Positions 43,345 through 55,901 of a stretch of 64,000 nucleotides of DNA are shown one piece after another. Numbering within the stretch: the first letter of the stretch is position 1; each line of letters starts with the position of its first letter. Source of the stretch: the human T2T-CHM13v2.0 reference genome, Homo sapiens; NCBI RefSeq assembly GCF_009914755.1, contig NC_060932.1. One strand, written 5' to 3'. A program made the translations under genes and the position numbers. The notes below the pieces were generated by a model. The model made no database searches and was not told the origin of the DNA. It worked only from the letters and a program-made list of their open reading frames with translations.

Positions 43345-44219
43345 GTGTTGCTTAGTCCATTTATACTGTTATAACAAAATACCTGAGACTGGGTAATTCA
43401 TGTTGGGAATAACGTTCAAAATCCTAAGGAAATTGAACACTCAAAGGATTCTTAACAAAGCAATTTTACTTCTGCGCAGAGGGGTGCTTCTCCTTGGCCA
43501 GTCACCATGGGAGCACACCTGAACAAAGGGGCACGAGAGCCTTTACTCCTGATGCAAGTCCTGCCCCTGTACCCTTTCCCCATTGGCCGGGGTCTGGCCG
43601 TACAATCTAAACCAATCCCGGTTGGCTAAACATTTGAACTTTTTTTAGATAAGGTGGTCACGTAAGGGAGAGAGGGGAAAAGGGAAAGGGTGTCTGCAAT
43701 GAGCCACAGAGCTAGTCTTCTTTCCAAATAAGGAAAGGAATGTGAGCTGGTACTGATAACACCTGGTACTGTGGCATGTCTGGGCGTGTAACAAAGGCAG
43801 AAAAGAAGAAAAAGAGAAAAAGAAAAAAGGCATTGGGGGGGGTACTATGAATTAAAGAATAAAGGATTGATCAGGCCATTTGAAGAGAAACCTCATTATG
43901 TCCCACATTCATAAAGAAAAAAAAATGTATTTTCTCACAGTTCTGAAGGCTGAGAAGTCCAAGATACCAGAAGGCTCATTGTCCAGTGAAGGTTGCTCTG
44001 CTTCCAAGAGGGCGCCTTGTTGCTGCCGCAGCCTCACATGTGGAAAGACAAGAGGGCAAGAGCTAACTGAATGTGGTGTGAAGCCTCTTTTATAATGGCC
44101 TTAATCCCACTTTGGAGGAAGAAGCTCGCAGGACCTAATCACCTCTCAAAGGCCCCACCTTTTACTATTACCGCATTGGCAACACCTGATTTTGGAGGCA
44201 ACTCATTCAAACCATAGCA
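43345..44219 (-). mobile_element. MST-type MaLR LTR split by an ERV1 LTR
   Basis: cttagtccattt...aatacctgagactgggtaattca|taaag...ttctcacagttctgaaggctgagaagtccaagat...cattcaaaccatagca. Confidence 0.85.
43401..43907 (-). mobile_element. LTR10-family (HERV-I, LTR10B/D/E-like) solo LTR
   Basis: TG..CA termini; TSD ttca at 43397-43400 and 43908-43911; minus strand starts TGTGGGACATAATGAGGTTTCTCTTCAAAT. Confidence 0.7.
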
Positions 44220-44426
44220 TGTGTCTTTACTGGTTTCTGAGCTGCTGGAGAGAAGATAATACAGCTTTTTTTATATTTGTAGCTTCAGAACTGAACACAC
44301 TATCTGGCACTTAGTTTCATGCTGTAAGTATTCGTTGGATGAATTTCAAGAGTTCATGTGTATGCACTGAAAAATAAAACAACAACAAAAACACTGTGTG
44401 TTCAATGTGCTCTAATGTATGAGGCT

Positions 44427-44766
44427 TGTTTTAGTTTTCAGGCTGCTAGAACAAGACTTCATAGACTGAGTGCCTTAAACAACAGAAATTTATGTCTCAG
44501 TCCTGGAGTCTAGGAAGCCTGAGATCAGGATGCCAGCGTGGTCAGGCCCCAGTGAGAATCCTTTTCCTGGTTTTCTCACATGGTGGATAGAAACAACTGC
44601 TCTCATATCTCTTCTTATATGGGGAAAAAAAAAATCCCATTAAGAAAGCTCCACCCTCATGACCTAATTACCTTCCAAAGGCCTCATCTCCAAATATTAT
44701 AACAGTGGGGATGAGGGTTTCAACGTATGAACTGGCAGGCAACACAAACATTTAGTCTGTACCACA
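44427..44766 (-). mobile_element. MLT1A-type LTR
   Basis: ttaaacaacagaaatttat...ctccaccctcatgacctaattacc...aacacaaacatttagtctgtaccaca. Confidence 0.85.
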
Positions 44767-45069
44767 GCCCAATTTAGAAAATCTATCTAAACCCATACAG
44801 CCCATTGTCAAGTTAGACCTGTAGCTTTAAAATCAAACACCACTCCAGTCATTAGATAAGTCATTAAATAAGACTAACTAATTATCTAAATAATTAGATA
44901 AATCATTAAATAAGCACTTTATTTAGACATTATAGCATAGAGGCTAGGAGCACAGATGAACCCAGGCTACCTGGGTTTGGACTGGCTCCCCTAGCTGTGA
45001 GTCCTTGAATAAGTTACCCTGCTTCTCAGTACCTCGGTTACCATATTTGTAAAATGAAGGGAAATATTA

Positions 45070-45403
45070 TACTCATCCTTCAGTATCTGCAGGGCATTAG
45101 CCCCAGGACCTCCAGAGGATACCAAAATCCATGGATGCTCAAGTCTCTGATATAAAATGGCATACTATTTGCATATAACCTATCCACATCCTCCTGTATA
45201 CTTCAATCCATCTCTAGATAACCTATAATATTTAATACAATGGAAATGCTATGTAAATAGTTGTTATGCTGTGTTTTTAAAATTTATATTATTTTAAAAT
45301 TGTTGTATTGTGATTTTCTATTGCTTTTTTTCTTTCAAATATTTTTCGTCCTCATTTGGTTGAATCCACGGATGTGGAGTCCATGGAGGTGGAGAGCTGA
45401 CAG
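45070..45403 (+). mobile_element. MER2 (Tigger-type) inserted in a MIR
   Basis: ggataccaaaatccatggatgctcaagtctctgatataaaatggcatactatttgcatataacct...ttggttgaatccacggatgtggag. Confidence 0.9.
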
Positions 45404-45717
45404 TATTTCTTGGGGTTGGGAGGATTAAGTGAATTCATATTTATAGGGCACATAAGCATACTAGTAAGTGTTAATCTTACTGTTATCATTAGAACCATCA
45501 TTTCCCATTTCATTTGATTAGCACCAACAACTCCCAAAACTTCCAGTAACTTTCCAAACACTCTTAATGTTATAGGTCACATAATATGAAGTTTTATCTC
45601 TGTTCTTATTCTAGGGTCATCAAATGATGTCAAATCATCACATAACTTCACTCAACCTATCCAAATATTATAGATGTGTTTATTTTGTACCTACTGTTTA
45701 CATGACAGTATTCTCTA

Positions 45718-45920
45718 GAATTATACTGTCCAATACAACATGTGGCCACATAAATTTACATTTAAATAAATTAAAAATAAGTAAAATAAACAATTCAGTT
45801 CTTCAGGTTCACTGGCCACATTTCAAGTACCGATTCACTGCCTCGCTATTGGCTGCCATATTGGACAGTACAGATAAAGAAAATTTTCTCATTGGTGAAA
45901 AGTTCTGCTGGACAGAGCTA
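45718..45920. mobile_element. MER3/MER33-type hAT element
   Basis: ctgtccaata...ctggccacatttcaagtac...ctgccatattggacag...aaagttctgctggacag. Confidence 0.75.
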
Positions 45921-46465
45921 ACTACAAACACAGAGACAGCAGTACACCTTCATGAAGCTGGCATTCTACTACAGAAGATAAATATTAAACACATAAATAC
46001 ATAATAACTATGAATTAATTATATTTATGAAGAAACACATTATATTCAGTTACTAAAACATACTGTTAGAAAAATTAATTTTTCTGTATAATTCCTAAAC
46101 TGCTACATAAATATATTAAAGTTATAACTGTTTTACTAATTACAAAAGTAAAATATGTTTATTGTAGAAAATTTAGAAGATACAAAAAGTATAAAAAGGA
46201 AAATCAAAGTATACATAATATTATTTTACAGACGATCCATAGTGCAAGTATTCTGAATTTTTTCTTCATTATCTGTACTTTAAACATTTTACCATGTCAA
46301 TCTTCAAAATATGATTTTCAGTGTCTACATAATAGAACCGTTTGTGAATGTATCACTATCTTCTCACTGATTCACTGGAATTTAGGTTGTTTTAAAAATG
46401 TTTATTCTAACATCAAAAAAAATTCATATATATAATTCTTTGCCTGCCTTTTTATTTCCTCATGA

Positions 46466-46812
<347 letters not shown>

Positions 46813-46992
46813 CATTTTTAGACTCTTAAGGCATATTAAAAGAAGACTTTCTAAGAATCTTCTAAACTTATTTGCACACATATTTGTTCACCCTTTGCAA
46901 AAGTATATATCTTATTTTCTTTAATTGTGAAAATATTTTATTTAAATTTGGGTTTCTTTGATTAATTGTGAGGATGAACAGCACTTCATATA

Positions 46993-47238
46993 CAGTCATT
47001 CCTCAGTATAGGTGAGGATTGGTTCCAGAAGACCCCTTCCATACCAAAATCCGCATATACTCAAGTGACACAGCCAGCCTTATGGATACCTTGTGCTTGA
47101 GAGTTAGCCCTCAAATATGTGGGTTTCCCATACCATGAATACAGTATTTTCAATTTGCTTTTGGCTGAAAAAAATGCACATATAGCACATATAAATAGAC
47201 CCGCACAGTTCAAACCCCTGTTGTTCAAGGATCAACTG
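46993..47238 (+). mobile_element. MER8 (Tigger-type)
   Basis: TA|cagtcattcctcagtat...gacccgcacagttcaaacccctgttgttcaaggatcaactg|TA. Confidence 0.85.
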
Positions 47239-48322
47239 TATTTACTCATCATTTATATTTTATCTCTGAACTCTTTTAGTTCTGTAAACATTTTTCAAGT
47301 GAAAAATTATATGAGCTCTGTGTATTTTAAGGATATTAAACTTTTGTCTTTATAATTTTTGGCAAATATATTCTCCAGCTTGTTGAATATCATAATTGTG
47401 TTTCTACTTTTTAATACATGCAAAAGTTTCGAAATTCTTATGTTGCAAATTTCTTGCATTGTTTTTAAGTTTTGAAAGGTCCATGTGTTTAGAGGAAGCC
47501 CTAACACATAATGAACCCTCAATAAATATTTGATAAATGAATGGGCGAATAAATTAATGAAATATTTGACCTACACTGACAAACTATAGCCTCATTCTTT
47601 TTTTCTGCAGAGCAGATCAGTTCTCGCAGTCATTTAAATATGACCTGAAACAACAAGAAAACTTGGCATCAGTACTGAATTTCCGAAAATAACATAGTCA
47701 GTATCTGGGGAATTACCACAACATATTGTCTCCCTGACAGAAGCCTCCCACAAAGCCCAAGACCCTGCATTTTGTGCACATCCAGTCCCCAGATAGTCAA
47801 TCTCCAAATTTTTCATACCATAGGATCAATGCTTTCTGATAGTTGCAGTTTTTTAAAATAGTGTCTTTACCCATTATTTAATACATGTTTAAAATTTTAC
47901 TTCCACTTCTTCTCATTTCTACCTGGCTTTTTCTGTCCTCTTTCTTCTGTTATAATCTTGAGCACACACGCATGATCAAGAAGGATAATTGAAGGTCAGT
48001 GGCATGAGGCATGAAAAATGCAAAAGAAGTTCTCTGCTTCTCAAAGTTCTATCAAGAAATCATAGTGATCCAATTTATAGTTCAGGGAAAGGACCTAGGA
48101 CAGCATATACAGGGGCAAATAAACTTGTTTCCATTGACTGTTCATAGGAATGGCAACGTTAATTCATTAGACCTGCTGCTGATCTCCCACTAATATAACA
48201 CACCCTATTCATAATGAAGTACTTGCCATTCTCCAAACAGGCTCTTCCCTCCCATTTACCTCTTTGGGGCATATCAGTTTCATAAACCTGAAATGTCCTA
48301 GTCAGCTTTGTGTTTTACCTGA

Positions 48323-48694
48323 TGTGTTAGTTCATTTTTATGCTGCTAATAAAGACATACCAGAAACTGAGTAATTTATAAAGGAAAGAGGTTTAATTGA
48401 CACAGTTCAGCATGGCTGGGAAGCCTCAGGAGACTTACAATCATGGCAGAAGAGGAAGTAAATGTGTCCTTCTTCACATGGCAGCAGGAAGGAGAAGTGC
48501 TGAGCAAAAGGGGGAAAAGCCCCTTATAAAATCATCAGATCTTGTGAGAACTCACTTACTGTCACGAGAACAGCATGAGGGCAATGGCCCCCATGATTCA
48601 ATTATCTCCACCTGGTCCTTCACATGACACGTGGGGATTGTGGGAGCCACAATTCAAGATGAGATTTGGGTAGGGACACAGCCAAACCATATCA
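48323..48694 (-). mobile_element. THE1 solo LTR
   Basis: THE1C/D-like consensus; 5-bp TSD cctga/tctga. Confidence 0.92.
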
Positions 48695-48909
48695 TCTGAC
48701 AAAGTCCTATTCATTCTTCAAGTTTCAGGGAACATGTTTCCTCTTCTGACACATATATATTATATTCTGATACATATATATTATATATATATATAACATA
48801 TGTATTATATGGAATCAGACTCTTATTTCTCCTCATTACTGCACCTTATTCACTTTATAACTTCTTATTCACTTTATAACTTTCAAAACATTGTTTTTCT
48901 AATTACTTC

Positions 48910-51720
48910 TTTTTTCAACTTTTAGTTTTGATGTAATTATACATTCATAGGAAGTTGCAAACAGGGTACAGAGGACACCCCTGAACCTTTCATCCAGCCT
49001 TCCTCAATGGTTATATTTTACATTGCTGTAGTAAAATATGAAAACAAGAAAGTGACATGGTACAACGTATGTTTATAGTTCTATGCTATGTTATCACACG
49101 TATAGACTTGTGTCACCTCCACGAGTCTAGCTGCATCACCGCATAATCTTTATGCTACTCATTTGTAGTCGCCCCCACCATCCACCCTACCATCTGGAAT
49201 CCATAATTTCTCCTCAATCACCATAATTTTTCATTTTGAGAATGTTATAGAAATGAATCATATAGTACATGACCTTCTGAAATAGACTTTTTTAAATATA
49301 ATGCCCTTCAAATATAATTGATATGTTAGAAATTATTTCTGTCATTTTATTTTTTATTCTCTGTTTTATCCTTTTTTGCTTCTATTTTCATTTTTTTCCT
49401 GCATTTCTATCGGTTACTTGAACTTGTTTTTAGTTTCATTTTGATTTATCTATAGTGTTTTATATATATTCCTTTGGATAGCCTTTTTAAAAGTTGCTCT
49501 AGGTATTACATTATATACACATCTTGTTACAGTCATTGGCCAACAACATTTTATCAGTTCAAATGAAACCTGCACGCTCTCTTTGAACCCCTTTACACTC
49601 TCCCACTTATGTCTTAAAATTTTCCTCTACATGCATTGAGAATAACATCAGACAGTGTTGTTAGAATTTTTGCTTCAATCATCAAATATAATTTAGAAAA
49701 CGAAAGAGTTGAAGAAAAGCCTATTATATTTTCCCATAGTTTTATTCTTTCCATAGTTATTCTTCCTTTCTGATGTTCCAAGATTTCTTCTTTTATCATT
49801 TCCTATCTGTTCACAGAATTTTGTTTAGCCATTATTTTAGGGTAGATCTGTTGGAAACAAATTCTCTTAATTTTCCTTCACCTGAGAATGTCTTCATTGT
49901 TCCTTTACTCCTCATAGTTAATTTCACTAGCTATAGAATTCTGGGTTGACCGTTCTTTTCTTTCAGCATTTAAAAAATATTGTGCCCCTTCCTTCCGGCT
50001 TTCATATTTCTAATAAGAAATCTGTCATCTACATGGTTTTCCCCTTTAGGTGTTATTTTTCTCTGGCTGCTTTCAAGGGATTTGTCTTAGTTTTCAGAAA
50101 TTTTCTTATGATATGTTTTGATATGGATTTCTTTGATTTCATCTTTATGGTTTTTTTTTCAGCTTCTTGAATCTGTTGTAGGTTTATGTCTTTTGCCAAA
50201 TTTGGGTAGTTTTCAGCTATTATTTATTTCCTCAAATGCTTTTTCAGGCCCATTCTATTTCTCCCCTTTCTGAGACTCTGATGACACAAATGTTAGAGCT
50301 TTTAACCATAGTCCCACAGGTCTCTGTGATTGTGTTCATTTCTTTGCTCAGTCTATTTTCTCTCTGTTGTTCAGACTGGGTAATTTGTATTGTTCTGTAT
50401 TCAAGTTTAATGATTCATTTCTCTATCCTTTTCATTTTGCTTTTGAGGCCATCCAGTGAGTTTTTATTTCAATTATTACATTTCCATTTAGCTATCCTTT
50501 ATGTTTTCAACTTCTTTATTGACACTTTCTATGTTTTCCAAGAGTGTTTATTAATTTTTGTGAAAAGAGTTTTATCATGACTGCTTTAAAATCCTTCTAG
50601 CATCTGTGTCATTTCAGTGTTGGCATCTGTTGATTTTTTTGTCATTCAATTTGAGATTTTCCTGGTTCTTTGTAAAATGAGCAATGTTTTCTTGACATCT
50701 AGGAGTTTAGAGCTTTATATTACAATACCACGGTTTTTATTTTTTTAATTTTTTATAAGTTCAACTTTTATTTTAGATTTAGGTGGTACACATGCAGGTT
50801 TGTTCCATGGGTACATTGCATAATGCTGAGGTTTTGGATACAAATGATCCTGTTACCCAGGTACTGAGCATAGTACCCAATAGGTAGCTTTTCAACCCTT
50901 TCCCCCTCCCTTTCTCCTCCTTCTAGTAGTCCCCAGTGTCTATTGTTCTCATCTATGTCTATGTGTAGCCAATGTTTAGCTCCCACTTATAAGTGGGAAC
51001 ATGTGGTATTTGGTTTTCTGTTTCTGTGTTAACTTCCTTAGGATGATGGCCTCCAGCTGCATCAATGTTGTTGCAAAGGACATGATTTTATTCCTTGTTA
51101 TTGTTGTGTAGTATTCCATGGTGTATATATATACCATATTTTCTTTCTCAGATCCATTGTTGATGGGCACCTAAGTTGATTCTATGTCTTTGCTATCGTA
51201 AATAGTGCTGCAATGAACATGAGTTCATGAGTCTCTTTGGTAGAACAATTTATTTTCTTTTGGATATATACCCAGTAATTGGATTGCTGGGTCAAATTGT
51301 TGTTCTGTTTTAAGTTCTTTCAGAAATCTCCACACCATGTTCTATAGTGGCTGGAACTCATACACATTTCCACCTACAGTGTAAAAGCATTCCCTTTTCT
51401 CCACAGATACTATGGTGTTTATTTAAACCTTGTATTTCAGCAGGCCTCCTCTGCCATCATACCAGCAAGGGAAGGTGGATATCTCCTCACTAGTGCCCAA
51501 TGAGGGTTGAAGTCCAGGTTCTCCACTTGGCCTCCACTGACGTTCTAGCAGGGGAGAGGAGACTCATCCCTTCTGTTCCCCAGGTATCTCCACTGACCCT
51601 ATGGTAGGGAGTCCTTGCTACTCTTGCCAGATGGTGGTAAAAGTCCTAGCTACCCTTTTGGCCATCTACAACAACAATGGTAGATAGGGCAGATGAGTGG
51701 TGGCTTGCAACCACCACTGC
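48910..51720 (-). mobile_element. Old L1M fragments (3'UTR, ORF1/inter-ORF and 5' pieces)
   Basis: T-rich antisense L1 (atagaattctgggttgaccgttcttttctttcagcatttaaaaaatattgtgcc, ttgccaaatttgggtagttttcagctatta). Confidence 0.75.
50740..51405 (-). mobile_element. L1PA16/L1PB-type 3' end nested in an older L1
   Basis: gtacacatgcaggtttgttccatgggt...gctcccacttataagtgggaacatgtgg...; diverged TSD atac(c/t)a(c/t)ggt. Confidence 0.85.
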
Positions 51721-51949
51721 ACAGCCACAATGTGGCTACAATTTTCACATAAATAAGAAATTAGTTTGACAAAGATATGCCATATGACAAATGTTATACA
51801 AGATGCTGAGAATGAAAGATTAGTTTCACATACTTCTCAAAACTATGAGCTGTGACAGACTTCTAAGGTTGCCACCAAACTGTCAGTCCTTGCAAGAGAA
51901 ACTTGTCCTGCCTGAATGGATAATTTATCTGCAACTTCTTTCTTTTATT

Positions 51950-53250
<1,301 letters not shown>

Positions 53251-53297
53251 ACAAATTTTTTTAAAATTGTACGTAGTTTTGAGCAGGTAGCACATTA

Positions 53298-53702
53298 TGT
53301 TAATTATGTCTGGCCTAAAACTCTCCTTACATGTTTAAGGTCAGCCTAAAGGTTTCTCCATACATAACGAACTCTAACCCAACCTGATGTGTAAACAGAC
53401 TGTAATCTACTCTTGAAAAGAGTAGCTGAGCTCAGCCTATCACAGCAGCTGAACTTCAGTCAACCACAGGCAGCCAACTGTTTAAACCAGGTTCACATAA
53501 GGCAAACACCTAGCTGTAACCAATCCAGCTGTTTCTGTACCTCACTTCCATTTTCTTTATGTTTTTGTCCATAAACACTATCCGACCATGTGGCAGCCCT
53601 GGAGTCACTCTGAACTGATTCTGGTTCTGAGGGCTGCCCAATTTATGAGTCATTCTTTGCTAGTTAAACTTTGTTAAATTTGTCTAAAGTTTTCTTTTAA
53701 CA
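53298..53702 (+). mobile_element. MER57-type ERV1 solo LTR
   Basis: tgttaatt...gcctaaaggtttctccatacata...gctgtaaccaatccagctgtttctgtacctcacttcc...ttttcttttaaca; flanks catta/cattc. Confidence 0.85.
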
Positions 53703-53861
53703 CATTCATATGGTGACAAATGCTAAAAGCTTACAGAGTATACCATTAGTAGTCTTGCTCCCACCACTATACATCTGGTTCTGCTTCCCAAGACATCAGC
53801 GTTGCCAGTTTCTTTATCTTTCCAAGCACAGGTATTTCATACATAAGATTTCATACATATG

Positions 53862-54224
53862 CAGATTAAGTATCCCTTATCTGAAATGCTTGGGGCTAGA
53901 AATGTTTAGAATTTCAGATTTTTTTGAATTTTAGAATATTTACATGTAGATAAAATGAGATATCTTGGGGATGGGATGCAAGTCTAAACACAAAATTTAT
54001 TTATGTTTCATATACACTTTATATACCTAGCCTGAAAGTAATTTTATACAATACATTTAATAATTTTGTGCATGAAACAAAATTTTGATGGTAATTTTAC
54101 TGAGACCCATGATATAAGGTCAAATGTAAAATTTTTCACTTGTGTCATCATGTCAGTGCTCAAAAAGTTTCAAATTTTGGGGGATTTCAAATTTTGTATT
54201 TTTTAATTAGAGATGCTTTACCTG
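53862..54224 (+). mobile_element. Tigger4b/MER46-type element
   Basis: cagattaagtatcccttatctgaaatgcttgggg...gagatgctttacctgta. Confidence 0.85.
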
Positions 54225-54776
54225 TATTTGAATACATAGAGATATTTTGTGCAAATGATAGTATACTATATGTTCTTTTCTACATTTTGCTTTTTCACTT
54301 AAATATATGACATGAGAAAGACAGGAAGTAATATTCACACCAAATTTTTCTTGCAATTATTTCTACATATAGTAGAGACTACAAAATTGGAAGCTACTCT
54401 ACCTAACCTAAATGATCTTGAAAATTACTTCTACTCCTGCCTATTTCCCAACTAACTGTTTTTCACAAAGGGCTCTTTATGTTCAAAAGGCCTTGTCCAC
54501 AGGTAAAAACTAATTATTAGGTGATGTCATAATTACAGGTAATCATAGCTTGTCTATTTTATATAGTCATTTTAAAAACAACAACAGAAATCTCCCTTTG
54601 ACACTATTACCAAGATAATGGAATAATATCTAGTGGTTAATAATATCTAGAGGTTAAAGTGGTAAAGAAAGCCTGAAATATTTGAAGGAGAGAGCTTTAG
54701 TTTTTTTGAAATGAGTCGGAAAACAATATTATCTTCCACTATAAAAGTAAAGTGGCTTTGCTTCAAAAATGGATAT

Positions 54777-55400
54777 TATTCCTGTCTCTGTCCCTTTAAT
54801 GTCGTTGTAACAGAATACCTGAGACTGCATAGTTTACAAAGATACAATGTTTATTTAGCTCGTGATTCAGCAGTCTGGGAACTTCAAGAGCAAAGCACCA
54901 CATCTGGCCAGCTTCTGGTGAGGGCCACATGCTAGGTCAAAACATGGAAAAGCGGAGAAGCAAGTGGGCATGTACAGAGATCACATGGTGAGAGAGGAAG
55001 TGAGAGAGATTCTAGCCAGCCAAACTCACTTTTTTAAAAAAGAGATGAGGTCTCACTGTGTTGCCCAGGCTAGAGTGCAGTAGCTACCCACAGGCACGAT
55101 CATATCACACTACATCTTCTTACTCCTGAGCTCAAAAGATCCTCCCACTTCAGCCTCCCAAATAGCTTGGACTACAGGTGTGTGCCACTCCACTGGGCTC
55201 CAAACTCACTTTTATAACAACCCACTGTCACAGTAGCTAATCTAGTCCTGTGAGAATAACCCACTCACATCCATGGGAGGACACTAATCTATTCATGAGG
55301 AATCCACCTGCGTGACCCAAACACCTCCCATGAGGCCCTACTTCCCCATACCACCACATTGGGATCAAAGTTTTAGAGGGGACACACTCAAACTATAGCA
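54777..55400 (-). mobile_element. MSTB/MSTD-type MaLR LTR split by a FAM
   Basis: gtaacagaatacctgagactg...aacccactc...ctaatctattcatgagg...gggacacactcaaactatagca. Confidence 0.8.
55034..55199 (-). mobile_element. FAM (fossil Alu monomer)
   Basis: Monomer retaining the 7SL-like gcagtagctacccacaggcacgatc segment; TSD ccaaactcactttt at 55020-55033 and 55200-55213. Confidence 0.75.
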
Positions 55401-55901
55401 ATCCTTTTAAAAATCTAGAAATTTCATTGCAGGCAATTTCATAACAAACTGGTTTGTTGAAGCATCTCAGGGTTGGTTTTATTTTATTTTTTGAAGTTTT
55501 CTCCTTTTCTTTTTCTGCCTCTTCAGAATGTCCAGGGGCCAATTTAACATATGATGCACATTGCTTGCCTTAGCTGAAGATTTCTAGTACACTTTATAAA
55601 GAATTCTCGTGGGAACCTAGAAGACTTGAAAACTCTAATGTCAGTAAGTCTAATTTCATTGTTTTGACACTAATTTAATCTTTTCTCTTGGCTGCATGTG
55701 TCTGTAGAGCCTTCAGAACAAAGGGTTTTTAACATTGCTTTATTCTTGGTGGTAAAACTTTGGAGAACAAGCCTATTGAGGATATTATCTGCCAACAGTA
55801 AGCCACAATCTTCCTCAGTAAGTTATATCCAGAGACTGAGTTGGCCAAGGAGATCCTGGAGAATTTGGAGTATACCTTTGTTAAAGGTATACATTTCCCC
55901 A

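Noticed and set aside
48845-48882. Short exact tandem duplications (also ~7825-7845 and ~54623-54657)
   Set aside because: Ordinary 10-19 bp slippage events with no further structure.
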